Source: Narcine bancroftii (taxonomy: Eukaryota). From it: a stretch of DNA of 64,000 nt. The translations under genes were made by a program, and so were the position numbers. The first letter of the stretch is position 1. Every line of letters starts with the position of its first letter. The notes below the pieces were generated by a model. The model saw only the letters and a program-made list of their open reading frames with translations, had not been told where the DNA came from and did not search any database. Positions 26,174-37,950 of this stretch are shown piece after piece. The stretch is from the NCBI RefSeq assembly GCF_036971445.1, contig NW_027211801.1, forward strand, positions 682,001 through 746,000, given 5' to 3'.

Positions 26174-26292
26174 TTGAGAAGTCGGGAGGCCATTCCCCAT
26201 TTATTATAACCCCCCTCCCCTCCAACTAAGCATTTCCTCGCACTTTGTTGCCCCATGGGCACACGGTGTCATGTTTATTTGTGTCATTGATG

Positions 26293-26696
26293 GTGTCCTG
26301 GCATTGGTTAAATTTGATCAGATCCCAATGTCTGACCGATTCTTTTTGGGACAGACAGCTCGCTGTGACTGTCCGCTGGAGGGTGGGAGCGTTGGAAGTT
26401 CCCACATGAACTGGTTCCGACAGCGACCCGGAGAAGCTCCAGATTGCGTATTGATACACTACATGTCTAACAGTAGCCACTTTCAGGTGGCCACAATACA
26501 GAATAATAAAATCTCCCAAGGCTGCCGGTTCACCAGACGATTCGACCCATCCAGAGACACCTTGGCCAACACTCACTCCTTGACCATCCTCAGCCTGGAA
26601 GCTGGAGATTCAACCATGTCCTACTGTACTACATGGGACAGTTCAGCAAAGGTCTGGGTGTTCGGTCCTGGAACCACATTGATCAGAACAAATTAG
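26293..26696 (+). pseudogene. IGL: Germline-joined VJ exon of an immunoglobulin lambda (type II) light chain; ORF open, splice sites mutated
   Basis: L2 GVLA; FR1 Cys; WFRQRPGEAP; RF.PSRD...LTI.SLE.GDS..YC; CDR3 TTWDSSAKVWV; J FGPGT. No RSS at the junction. Acceptor reads tg and J donor reads attagt. Confidence 0.9.
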
Positions 26697-29036
26697 TGAA
26701 CTCAAGGAACTAAGAATTTTATTTCCAAAAGATCAGATTCTATTTTTCATTCATTTTGTCCGTGAGCACAGAAGATGTCAGTAAACTGTCGAGATCCCTG
26801 CTGGAGACAGATTCTGCAGATCCCCTTCAGCCAGATGAGGTTTGACCCTGGTAATGTCACCTCATCCTGACCCCCAGATTCGTGTGTGTGGGACTCCAAT
26901 GCAATTTGATACCCAGTTAATCTCAATTCCAAGGTCAACATTTTAACATCACTGAACAAAAATAATGTCGGTTCCATCAGCAATTTATTCTTAAGAACTT
27001 TCTCTAAAAACTTTTTAAGTCATGTCCAAAATTGTTTCACCATAATCACATAACATAATGAAATGCAGGAAAGAACCGACTTACTTCTCGCACCTGAAAC
27101 CTAAATCTGAAGAAATTAAATTGCATCTCTTTAATTTTTGAGGGGTTAAATATTGGCTGATGTATGAAGTTATAATGAAACAAAGTATATCTCACAATAA
27201 CAATCTTTGTCATACCAAATAACCATATAACAATTTACAGTATGGAAACAGGCCATATTGGTCATTCCAATCCGCATCGATTTTCATGCAACTCCACTGC
27301 TTCCACCTACCCACTCCCTTGCACATAACTCTCCAACCCCCTCACATCCATGTTGTCATCTAACCTCCTCTTAAATTAAAGATTTTACCCTGTCACATTT
27401 ACCACTTCCGGACAATCACTCTCTGAGTGAAGAAGCATCCTCTTATATTACTCCTAATGTGTTGCCCCCTCACCCTTAACTTATGACCCCTTGATCCAAT
27501 CTCCCCTCCCCTCAGGGGAAAGAGCCTATTCACATCTACTCTATCTATTCCCTTCATAACTTTAAATACCTCTATCAAATCCCCTTTTAACCTTCTACGC
27601 TCCAGTGAATAAAGTCTCAGTCTACTCACTTACTCCATATTCAGGCAACATTTTCATAAATCTTCTCTGCACCCTCTCCAACTTATTTATTTCCTTCCTA
27701 TAAGTTGGAGATCAGAACTGCACACTATACTCCAAACTTGGCCTCACTAATGCCTTAAACAGTCTCAACATAACCCCCAGCTCCTATATTCTATGCTATG
27801 ATTTATAAAGGTCAGAAAACCAAAAGCCTTCTTCACCACCCTATCTACATGGGAATTCACCTTCAAGGAATGCTGAACCATTATTCCAAGATCCCTCTGT
27901 TCCTCTGCATTCCTCAATGCCTTCCCCTTCATGGCATATGTCCTATTTTGGTTATTCCTTCCAAAATAAAGCACCCACCCTTATCTACATTAAACTCCAT
28001 CTGCCACCTTTCAGCCCACCTTTCCAAACAGTCTTTCTGTAGCCAATGAAAACCCACCTCACTACCCACAACTCCCACTATTTTTGTATTGGCTGCATAT
28101 TTACTCATCCAGTTTACCACCCCATCATTCAAATTATTCATATAAATTATAAACTTTAAAGGACCCAACACTGATACCTGAGACACACTTCTCGTCACTG
28201 GCCTCCATCCTGACAGAGAGTTGTCCACCATGACTCTCTGGTGCCTATCTTCCAGCCACCACTGACCCTATCTGACTGTCTCTATATTAATCCCTAGAGA
28301 CTAAACCTTCCTCATTAGCCTTTCATTTGAAAACTTATTAAAAGCCATACTAAATTTAAATAGACCACATCAACTGCTCTAACTTCATCAACCTTTCAGG
28401 TCACCTCTTCAAAAATTTGAACAAGATTCATCAAACACAACTTTCCCCTCACAAACCCATGTTGTGTGTCCCTGATCAATTCCTGCCTTTCCAGATATTT
28501 TATATTATTTTATATATATTATCTTCCCCATCTCATATGGTTCCTCAGACATTCCTCTGTTTTGATTTTCCAGTGGACCCATTCTATCCTTAATTTTTCT
28601 TTTACATATTTGTAAAAACCTTTCGGATTTGCTTTCACCTTATTTTCTATAGCCCTCTCGTACCTTCTTTTCGCCTTTCTAATTTACTTCTTAAGGTTCT
28701 TTCTACAATCTATGTATCGTTCAAACATCTCATCCATTCTTTGCTTCTTGTATTCAATGTAGACCTCCCTCTTATCCCAAAGTAACTTCCTAATCTCTCT
28801 AGAAAACCATGGCTCCCTTGAACATTTGGGCTTGCCTTTTGTCCTGATTGGAACATAAAGATTCTGTGCTTTCAAAATCGCAGCTTTAAATGCTCTCGAA
28901 TTTTCCTCTATGTCCTCTCCAGAAAAAAAAATCAGTCCGAACTACTCCCTGCATGTCCCTTGTCATTTCTTTCAATCTGGCTTTCCCCCACACAAAGACC
29001 TTCATCTTTGGACCAGATCAATCCCTTTCCATAATT

Positions 29037-29086
29037 CTTCTTTTTCTTTCTTTGGCTTGGCTTCACGGACGAAGATTTATGGAGGG
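29037..29086 (-). mobile_element. Very short RTE 3'-end insertion
   Basis: CTTTGGCTTGGCTTCACGGACGAAGATTTATGGAGGG with an A-rich tail, flanked by a TTTCCATAATT duplication. Confidence 0.8.
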
Positions 29087-29129
29087 CTGCACCATTTCCA
29101 TAATTAAGCTGAAACTAATGGTACCATGA

Positions 29130-29616
29130 CTCGAGATGGCAGAGGTCGACAGCATCGAGTCCACGCTGCTGAAGATCCAGCTGCGCTGGATGGGTCACGT
29201 CTCCAGAATGGAGGACCATCGCCTTCCCAAGATCGTATTATATGGCGAGCTCTCCACTGGCCACCGTGACAGAGGTGCACCAAAGAAAAGGTACAAGGAC
29301 TGCCTAAAGAAATCTCTTGGTGCCTGCCACATTGACCACCGCCAGTGGGCTGATAACGCCTCAAACCGTGCATCTTGGCGCCTCACAGTTTGGCGGGCAG
29401 CAGCCTCCTTTGAAGAAGACCGCAGAGCCCACCTCACTGACAAAAGGCAAAGGAGGAAAAACCCAACACCCAACCCCAACCAACCAATTTTCCCTTGCAA
29501 CCGCTGCAATCGTGTCTGCCTGTCCCGCATCGGACTGGTCAGCCACAAACGAGCCTGCAGCTGACGTGGACTTTTTACCCCCTCCATAAATCTTCGTCCG
29601 CGAAGCCAAGCCAAAG
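29130..29616 (+). mobile_element. RTE-clade LINE, 5'-truncated, young
   Basis: Open C-terminal ORF 29136-29564, nearly identical to 8037-8465; 13-bp TSD AATGGTACCATGA at 29117-29129 and 29617-29629. Confidence 0.93.
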
Positions 29617-29930
29617 AATGGTACCATGATCACTGGATCCGAAGTACTCACCAACACACACCTCCATCACTTTCCCTATTCCATTCCCCAACAGTTAATC
29701 TAACACTGCCCCTCTCTAATGGGCACGTCAAACTATTGATGCAAAAAGCAATCCTGCACACATTTTACAAACTCTAATCCATCCATCCAACTCACTGTCT
29801 ACGTCACCCAAACTATGTTACAACAATTAAAATCCCCAACTAACACAACCCTGTGCTTACTGCACAACTCAGCTATTCCCCTGCACATTTGCTCTTCTAG
29901 TTCCCTTTCCCCATTTGGTGGTCTATCTTA

Positions 29931-31392
29931 TTTGGCTTGGCTTCGCAGACAAAGATTTATGGAGGGGTAAATGTCCACGTCAGCTGCAGGCTCGTTTGTG
30001 GCTGACAAGTCCGATGCGGGACAGGCAGACACGGTTGCAGCGGTTGAAGGGGAAAATTGGTTGGTTGGGGTTGGGTGTTGGGTTTTTCCTCCTTAATCTT
30101 TTGTCAGTGAGGTGGGCTCTGCGGTCTTCTTCAAAGGAGGTTGCTGCCCGCCTAACTGTGAGGCGCCAAGATGCACGGTTTGAGACGATATCAGCCCACT
30201 GGCGGTGGTCAATGTGGCAGGTACCAAGAGATTTCTTCAGGTAGTCCTTGTTCCTCTTCTTTGGTGCACCTCTGTCACAGTGGCCAGTGGAGAGCTCGCC
30301 ATATAACACGATCTTGGGAAGGCAATGGTCTTCCATTCTGGAGACGTGACCTACCCAGCGCAGTTGGATCTTCAGCAGCGTGGATTCGATGCTGTCGGCC
30401 TCTGCCATCTCGAGTACTTCAATGTCAGGGATGAAGTTGCTCCAATGAATGTTGAAGATGGAGCGGAGACAACGCTGGTGGAAGCGTTCTAGGAGCCGTA
30501 GGTGATGCCGGTAGAGGACCCATGATTCGGAGCTGAACAGGAGTGTGGGTATGACAACGGCTCTGTATACGCTTATCTTTGTGAGGTTTTTCAGTTGGAT
30601 GTTTTTCCAGACTCTTTTGTGTTGTCTTCCAAAGGCGCTATTTGCCTTGGCGAGTCTGTTGTCTATCTCGTTGTCGATCCTTGCATCCGATGAAATGTTG
30701 CAGCCAAGATAGGTAAACTGGTTGACCGTTTTGAGTTTTGTGTGCTTAAATAGAATAATACCTAGTGTCACCAAGAATGTTCTCCCAGAATCACAGTGCG
30801 GCTTTCGCGCAAACAGAGGAACTACTGACATGATCTTTGCCCTCAGACAGCTCCAAGAAAAGTGCAGAGAACAAAACAAAGGACCCTACATCACCTTTGT
30901 TGACCTCACCAAAGCCTTCGACACAGTAAGCAGGAAAGGGCTTTGGCAAATACTAGAGCGCCTCGGATGCCCCCCAAAGTTCCTCAACATGGTTACCCAA
31001 CTGCACGAAAACCAACAAGGTCGGGTCAGATACAGCAATGAGCTCTCTGAACTTTTCTCCATTAACAATGGCGTGAAGCAAGGCTGCGTTCCCGCACCAA
31101 CTTTCTTTTCAATCTTCTTCAGCATGATGCTGAACAAAGCCATGAAAGACCTCAACAATGAAAACGCTGTTTACATCCGGTACTGCACGGATGGCAGTCT
31201 CTTCAATCTGAGGCACCTGCAAGCTCACACCAAGACACAAGAGCAACTTGTCCGTGAACTACTCTTAGCAGATGATGGCGCTTAAGTTGCCCATTCAGAG
31301 CCAGTTCTTCAGCGCTTGACGTCCTGTTTTGCGGAAACTGCCAAAATGTTTGGCCTGGAAGTCAGCCTGAAGAAAACTGAGGTTCTCCATCA
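29931..31392. mobile_element. RTE-clade LINE with 5' inversion (3' part minus 29931-30745, RT part plus 30746-31392)
   Basis: PESQCGFR, FVDLTKAFD, GVKQGC and LLADD on plus; C-terminus on minus; TSD CATTTGGTGGT(C/A)TAT. Confidence 0.9.
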
Positions 31393-32769
31393 TTTGGTGG
31401 TATATAATACACCCCTATAAGCTTAATCTCACCTCTTATTTTTTAATTTCACCCACACCTTGATGAGCCCTCCAATGTATCATGCCTCAGTACTGCTGTA
31501 ATATCCTCCTTGACAAATAATGCCACCACCCCACCCTATCACACCTAAAGCAGAGAAATCCCAGAATATTTAACTGCCAGTCGCAACCCTCCTTCAACCA
31601 TGTCCCACTAATCACCAACACATCATACTGCTAAGTGTTTATCCACACCTTCAGCTCATCAACCTTCCTTATATTTTGTGAATAAGCCTTTTTCCCTCAC
31701 CTACAATACCTCTCTTTGCTGTCCTCCCTTACATGGGGCCCTTCTCCCAACATACTTGTTTAACACCACCCCCCCCACCCTGCCAGAAGACTGGTCCATC
31801 TGGGATTCAGATGCAAGCCGTCCATATGGTGCAGGCCCCACCATCCCAAAATAGGTCAAGTCATCCAAGAACTCAAATTCCTGCCCCTTACTGCACCCCT
31901 TTAGCCATGCATTCAGCCTCCACCTGATTCTATTTCTGCCCTCATTATCACATGGCACAGGAAGTAATCCAGAGATTACTCCCTTTGCGGTTCTTTTTCT
32001 GAGCTCCCTTCCTAACTCCATATATTCATTCTTTAGGACCACTTCCTCCTTCCTCCCAATGTCATTGGGACAAACATGTACGAAGACCTATGGTTCATCA
32101 TCATCCCCATTTAGGATGCCTTGGATAGGTGTAGTTACCTGCCAGACCCTGGCACCAGGGAGGCAACTACCATCCAGTTTCCTCTATCATATCTGCAAAA
32201 ACCACATCAGTCCTCCTGACCATTGAATCCCCAATAACTATCGCTCTCCTCCTCCTCCCTTCCCTTCCCTTCCATTCCCTTCCCTTCCCTTCCTGGCTAC
32301 AGAGGCTGACCCTGAGCCAGAGGTACAGCCACGACTGCCTTCCTTAGCCTGACTGTCTCCCGCAATAGTATTCAATGAGTACATGGCACCTTTATAATGG
32401 TGGAGTGACAAGCCAATTTACTGGGGGTCCATAGCTCAGTGGCAGGAGGGTAAATCTAATTAAAATAGCCAATGGTCCAAGGCCAAGTACAGGCAGGCTG
32501 GAGAGTACAGGCAGGCTGGACAGTGCAGTCCAAGTCATTTCCATGTGGCCAACAACAAGGTGTGCACTAATGGGTGGGGTGGAACCAGACCTTGATTGGC
32601 AGCTGGTGTGTCCTCTAAGTAGTGGGACAGTGCTGTCACATGACAGCAACAACCCTTCCCAATACAATCCTGAAGTCCAAAGAATTTAGAAAATATCCAT
32701 CAATCATCTAGGGCCACTGTGGTGCAGATCGAACTCCCCGTGGATGGGGTTTTATGCCATTCTAGAACC

Positions 32770-33530
32770 AGAGAACATTACAGCACAGAAAGAGTCTGCC
32801 CATCTAGTCTGTGCCAAATGAGATGCTGCCTTGTCCCACAGACCTGCACCCAGTCCATTGCAGGCATTTTGGAGAGTGAGGAAGGTTTTCAAAGCGTGCA
32901 GAGGAATCTGGTCCAGCTGGAAAAATGGGCTGTAAAATAGCAGATAACTCTTCTTTGTGATTCAGGTCCTGAATTCCAGCCAACTCTTATCTGCTCTCTT
33001 CAATCTTTCCTGTATTTCAGTGACCAAAACTCCACACATTTCTCCAAATTTGACCCCACCAATGTCTTATAAAACTTGACCACAATATCCCAACTCTTGT
33101 ACTCAATACTTTGATTTATGAAGGCCAAGAGGCCAAAAGCTCATTTTACGACCTTATCCACCTGTGACGCCACTTTCAGGGAATGATGCATCTGTATTCC
33201 CAGGTCCCTCTGTTCTACCTCACTCCTCTTTTCTTGGTTTGTCCTTTCAAAATGCAGCACTGCACATTTCTCTTCATTAAATTCCATCTGCTATTTTACA
33301 GCCCATTTTTTCTAGCTGGTCCAGATTACTCTACAAGCTTTGAAAACCTTCCTCGCTGTCCAGAATGCCTGCAAACTTAGTGTTATCTGCAAATTTGCTG
33401 ATCCCATTCACCACATTATCATCCAGAGCATTGATATAGATGACAAACTGAAATATCCCCAGTATTGATCCCTGACACAAACCACTAGTCACAGGCTTCC
33501 AGTCAGAGAACCAATCATTTGCTACCACTT
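32770..33530 (-). mobile_element. CR1 fragment (paralogue of 960-1985) with a local inverted duplication
   Basis: ORF 33331-33528 SKFADNTK; 32860-32945 is an inverted copy of 33286-33373. Confidence 0.8.
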
Positions 33531-36500
33531 TAATGGCCTTTCAGCCCATGACAACCCTCACTGCCCCCTTCCCTGTCCGTAATACCGACAAGTGGACAAA
33601 TATCTTCAGCTTTTTTATTAAATCGATCAACTAGATAAGGATGTCCTTTGTCCCCAGCTTTATTTGTTTTAGCACCATTAATAAGACAAGATATTAATAT
33701 TAAAGGAATTAAAGTTAGTTCTGGTGAATTTAAGATTAATTGATTGGCTGATGATGATCGGATTGATTTAAGAGGCCCTGAAAATTCTTTGCGTTCGTTG
33801 TCTATGAGATTAAAGGAATCTGATGAAATATCAGGTTACAAACCAATTGGGTTGAAGTGAAATGTTGCCTTTGGTTGAGGGGGATGAAAGGCAACGTTAA
33901 AAACAGGGCTCCATTGAAATGGTTGGAATGGAGAGGCTCCGACCACCACAGGGGGGCGCTGCCGCGCTCCTCTTCGGAGGACACTGCATGTCAATCAAGG
34001 TGGAGCCCAGACAAGAGAGGGATGTTTTGGAGCCGGGGAAGCAAAGCCAGTTCTGGCCCCAAAGACAGAATTCCCGGGTGGGCCGACGATCCTGAGGGAT
34101 TGGGAAGTCTGGCCAACCTGCTGTCCTCCTTCATCAGCCCATGGACGGGTCCGAGCAGCTGGACCCTGGTGGTGAGCGAATGGGCCAGCAGGTGATCGCC
34201 CTCCTCAAAGAGTCGGGGGTCCCCAGGCGAGGGGGAGACAGAGGGGAGCCAACTGGCTGCTGGCGTCAGTGCTGAGACCCCAGGTCGGGATCAGCCATCA
34301 GCTGGTGGAGAAGCTGCAGCCCGACTCTGATCCAAAGGAGCCCTGGGACGGAGCTGCAGCGGGCGGCAGGAGGCACCGACCTGGAGAGCAGAGGCACGGA
34401 GGTCGCTTGCTGACTGGTGCGGCTGGAGCGGAGCCTCCATGGGAGACCCCATTGGGCCACGGTCGGGGAGGGCCCCCGGCTCGATTTCGAACTGCTGCGC
34501 TGGGGTGGAGCCCACCAGCATGGATGGGGACCCCTCATCTGCCCTGTCTGTTCACTGGAAGGAGTTATGTGGGGGGAAGCTTGGCCAGGGGAAGACAGGT
34601 GGTCGCGCCGCCAGCCAGGAATACGCCAGGAGACCCTCTTGCCCCGTGCCACTCAAGAAGCCAACACTGTCGCTCCCACCGCACCACCCACCCCCATCTC
34701 CCCCACCATTAAGGCTGAGCTCAGGCAGCAGATGCTGCAGGAGATGTCTGCGCTCACCCTGTGTGAGCAGCCCGCCAACGGTGCATCGCAGACCCCCAAC
34801 CCTCTCCCGTAGGTTGAAGGCCGCGGTTGCCAGGCCATTTACTCCGCTGCCCTTTCCCACCCGGGGGACCTGAGTCCTCACATCCCTGTCGTTCCATGGG
34901 GAAAGTGCAACGTCCAGCAGTGGCTGGAGCTGGTGTCCACGGGCGCACGATGCACCATTATCCCGGCAACCCCGCAGGGTGGAGGGGGACCCCTATGCAG
35001 AGAGAGGTTCCCTTCTGCCCGTCAAGGAAGTCACTATCCGCTGGCCATTGGGAATAAACCGCCCGGACCCTCCATCGTCCTCCTCGCACCCTCCACGAGT
35101 GAATCTCGGGCATCCATTTAATACAGGGACCGTCCCTCCACACCAACCGGTGTCACTTTGTCTTCGGGGTAGCGTGGGCAACAGTGGGATTTGGGGCAGC
35201 AAAGTAGAAGCCTGTGGTCATACCCACGCACGTTCAAAAGTAACGTATACGCGGCAATTCCACGTCCCGGGGGGACTCCAGCACATCACAGAGACTGTGC
35301 AGGCTCTCCTGCAGGAGGGAGTCATTAGAACTGCAGCCTCCCCCCTTCAACAACTCTGTCTGGCTGATCCGGAAAAAGATGCCACTTGGAGAATGAGAGG
35401 AGAATACAGACAATTGAATAAAGTCCCCACCACCCCCACCCCACCGGCCACTGCTTCCAGACAGGGGGACGGGGTGGGAAATTCATGGACAGCAGCACTG
35501 GTACTTTATGTGGGACCAGGCCACCCACAGGGAGATCACAGTCCACCAGGTGGATGCCCACACTCGAGATAACCCAGACGAGGGGACACACAATGGTGCC
35601 ATGGACCAGGATGCCCAAACATGCCTCACAACCTCCCCTCCACCGGAGACTGACAACGAAGTGCTGGCTGCATGGGGACACCACAAAAGCGGCCACCTAC
35701 CGGCCGACAGACAATGACAATGGGCAGAACAGATTGGGGTCGCTCTCACCCTGGACCAGTGCAAAACTGCCATGTTTGACTGCCCTGTCTGCCAACACGT
35801 GACACCAAGGGATTGGCCAACGGGGCCACGAGGTCACATTCACCGCGACACAGGAGCAGGACGCATATTGAAGATTGACTATATTGGACCGTTCCTCGCC
35901 AAAATAAAAAAAAACGACCTGACGATGGTTGACACATATTCTGCTGTATTGGTGGCAGTTCCCTGTGAGAAAACTGACCAGAATAACTCCATCAAGGGAT
36001 TCCAGCAGTTCTCATCCATCTATGGAGCCCCGTGGAAGGTACAATCCGATCAGGACTCACTCTTCACAGGGGCTGAAGCCCAGGACTGGGCTGCTGATGG
36101 GGGATTTCGTGGCTGCTCCACATCCCCTCCCACCCACAGGCATCGGGGCTAATTTAAAACATGAACGGCCTTCTCAAAGAGAGTATCCTCACCCTGAACC
36201 CCTCCTACACACTGCAGGGGTGACTGAGCGTGCTGCAGCAGGCTGGGGATCATTTAAGCACACGGCCCACTGGCTAAGGGGTGACCCCACTGTCACACCA
36301 CCTGGCACACTCCCCACTTCCTTAATCCGAGCATACAAATCCCCCTCGAGACCGAGGACTTGAGGAGAGTGTGGGTACAACAGACTCAATGACCACCCCC
36401 CCCCCCCAGAAGGGTGAAATTGTCCGCATGGTCCTGGGGACACTTTAGGACGTGATTCTGGATCACATTAAATGTATTGTCTCCACACCCACCATCTCAC

Positions 36501-36567
36501 TTGGAGATAATGATTTTATCCTCCCAATCCTCCCTCAACTTGCCCTATTCTTTCATCCCACAGGACC

Positions 36568-37745
36568 ATGCAAGTCTTGCACCTGTCCCTGCTGCTCTCT
36601 GTGATCATAGGTAATGTCACACCGACAAACACCTTCCCTCACGTAGCCTGCGACTAATAGGACTGCTGGATCTGCGTCCAAACCCCAACACTCCCCGATC
36701 AAGCACCACCACTGACTCCCATCCGGCTGGATGACTCTCAGATGAACTGCTTAAATTGACTCTTTGCTCCAGCAGGCTTCAGGTTATTTATTTTGGGTGG
36801 ACCTGAAGGTAGCCAACAACCCTTGACCTCTCCACTGAACACTGTCCCCTCCACTGACCCCCGATGGGGTGAGTGTTTAGCAACTGGTATTTCCCCTCTT
36901 ACAATTTGACCTCCAGTCCCGTGACATCTCACAGTTCTTCCACAAATCAAAGGAGTGCTGGTGCAGACTCCCCATTAGACACATCTTCAACCTCCCAGTC
37001 GGTGACAGTGGCTGCCTGCATCGAGGGTATCCGGGCTCTGCACTCACCACCTCCAATGGTGTCGCTAAACTGGGGGCTCCCTGGACATTGAATGGCATCC
37101 ACTGGGTATGCAGTCACCATGCCAACCCCTGGCTTCCTTCCACTGGTATGGCTGCTGCTGTTTCCACAAATTTGTGGTGCCCTACATGCACTCTCTCAAA
37201 GACTTGGCGAAGCACCCAGCCTTTGGTGACCACCGCAACAGGAGAACCATCAGAGAGGTGGATGATCACCTTCCACAGGCACATTTCCGCCCAGTACCAG
37301 CCAGCTCTCCACTGAAGTGATCCAGATGAGCACCCTCCTCAAGACATTGGCCATCGAGATTGTAGTGGCATTGCACCATACACAGGATGGAGCTGATGGT
37401 GGTCCGTATGGTAACACTGTACAATCGGATGTCCCTGGACTACCTGCTGGTGATGAATGGAGGTAACTGTGCCATCATTGATCAGGACGCTGCACCTACC
37501 TACCCGACGAATCCACCAACATCTCCCACCTAGCTGATCACATTCAGGACTCAATGGCTAACATTAAAAAATTCCAGGGAGCGGTTTGTCCGGCACATCA
37601 CCTCATGGGGGGACTGGTGGCCTTTTGGCTCCATTGGGGTGTCTGGGCAACTATCATACACTGGGGATTATTCTATGTTGTGCCTGTCGAATCATACGAA
37701 CCTTGACATCACTCCTTAACTTAGTTATCACCTGTCATGTTATTG
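36568..37745 (+). pseudogene. env: Retroviral env, gamma-type, degenerate
   Basis: Acceptor tttcatcccacag just before the ATG; signal peptide MQVLHLSLLLSVIIG; DCWIC (CxxC); RNRR furin site; ISD-like LYNRMSLDYLL followed by C.II...CTYLP; hydrophobic TM region. Confidence 0.85.
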
Positions 37746-37950
37746 GCATGCAGTGAGTCTTCCAAAGGTGTGGATTGCAAAGCAGAGGCAGCGTCCACCA
37801 CATGGTGGCGCTGCTGTGCTCCTGTTGGGAGAACACACTACCTGCCAATCAAGGTCATAGACCCACCTAAAGCCATTAAGGTGACCCTTGCAATTGACCC
37901 ACCTAAATCACCAGGTGCTGGGTCCAGACAGCCTGCCCGGACTCAGCCCT

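Larger units (their letters stand above)
27215..32390 (-). mobile_element. CR1-clade LINE (paralogue of 2325-5915), interrupted by three RTE insertions
   Basis: ORFs 27399-28231 (RT), 28684-28875 and 31701-32042 (ORF1) match the plus-strand copy. Confidence 0.9.
27030..34005 (-). repeat. Inverted segmental duplicate of about 490-6100
   Basis: Same ordered L1/CR1/LTR/CR1/L1/LTR mosaic with the same junctions and shared lesions (GCTGTAAAATAGCAG stop; CTACAGAAAGAC(A/T)GTTTG deletion). Confidence 0.88.
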
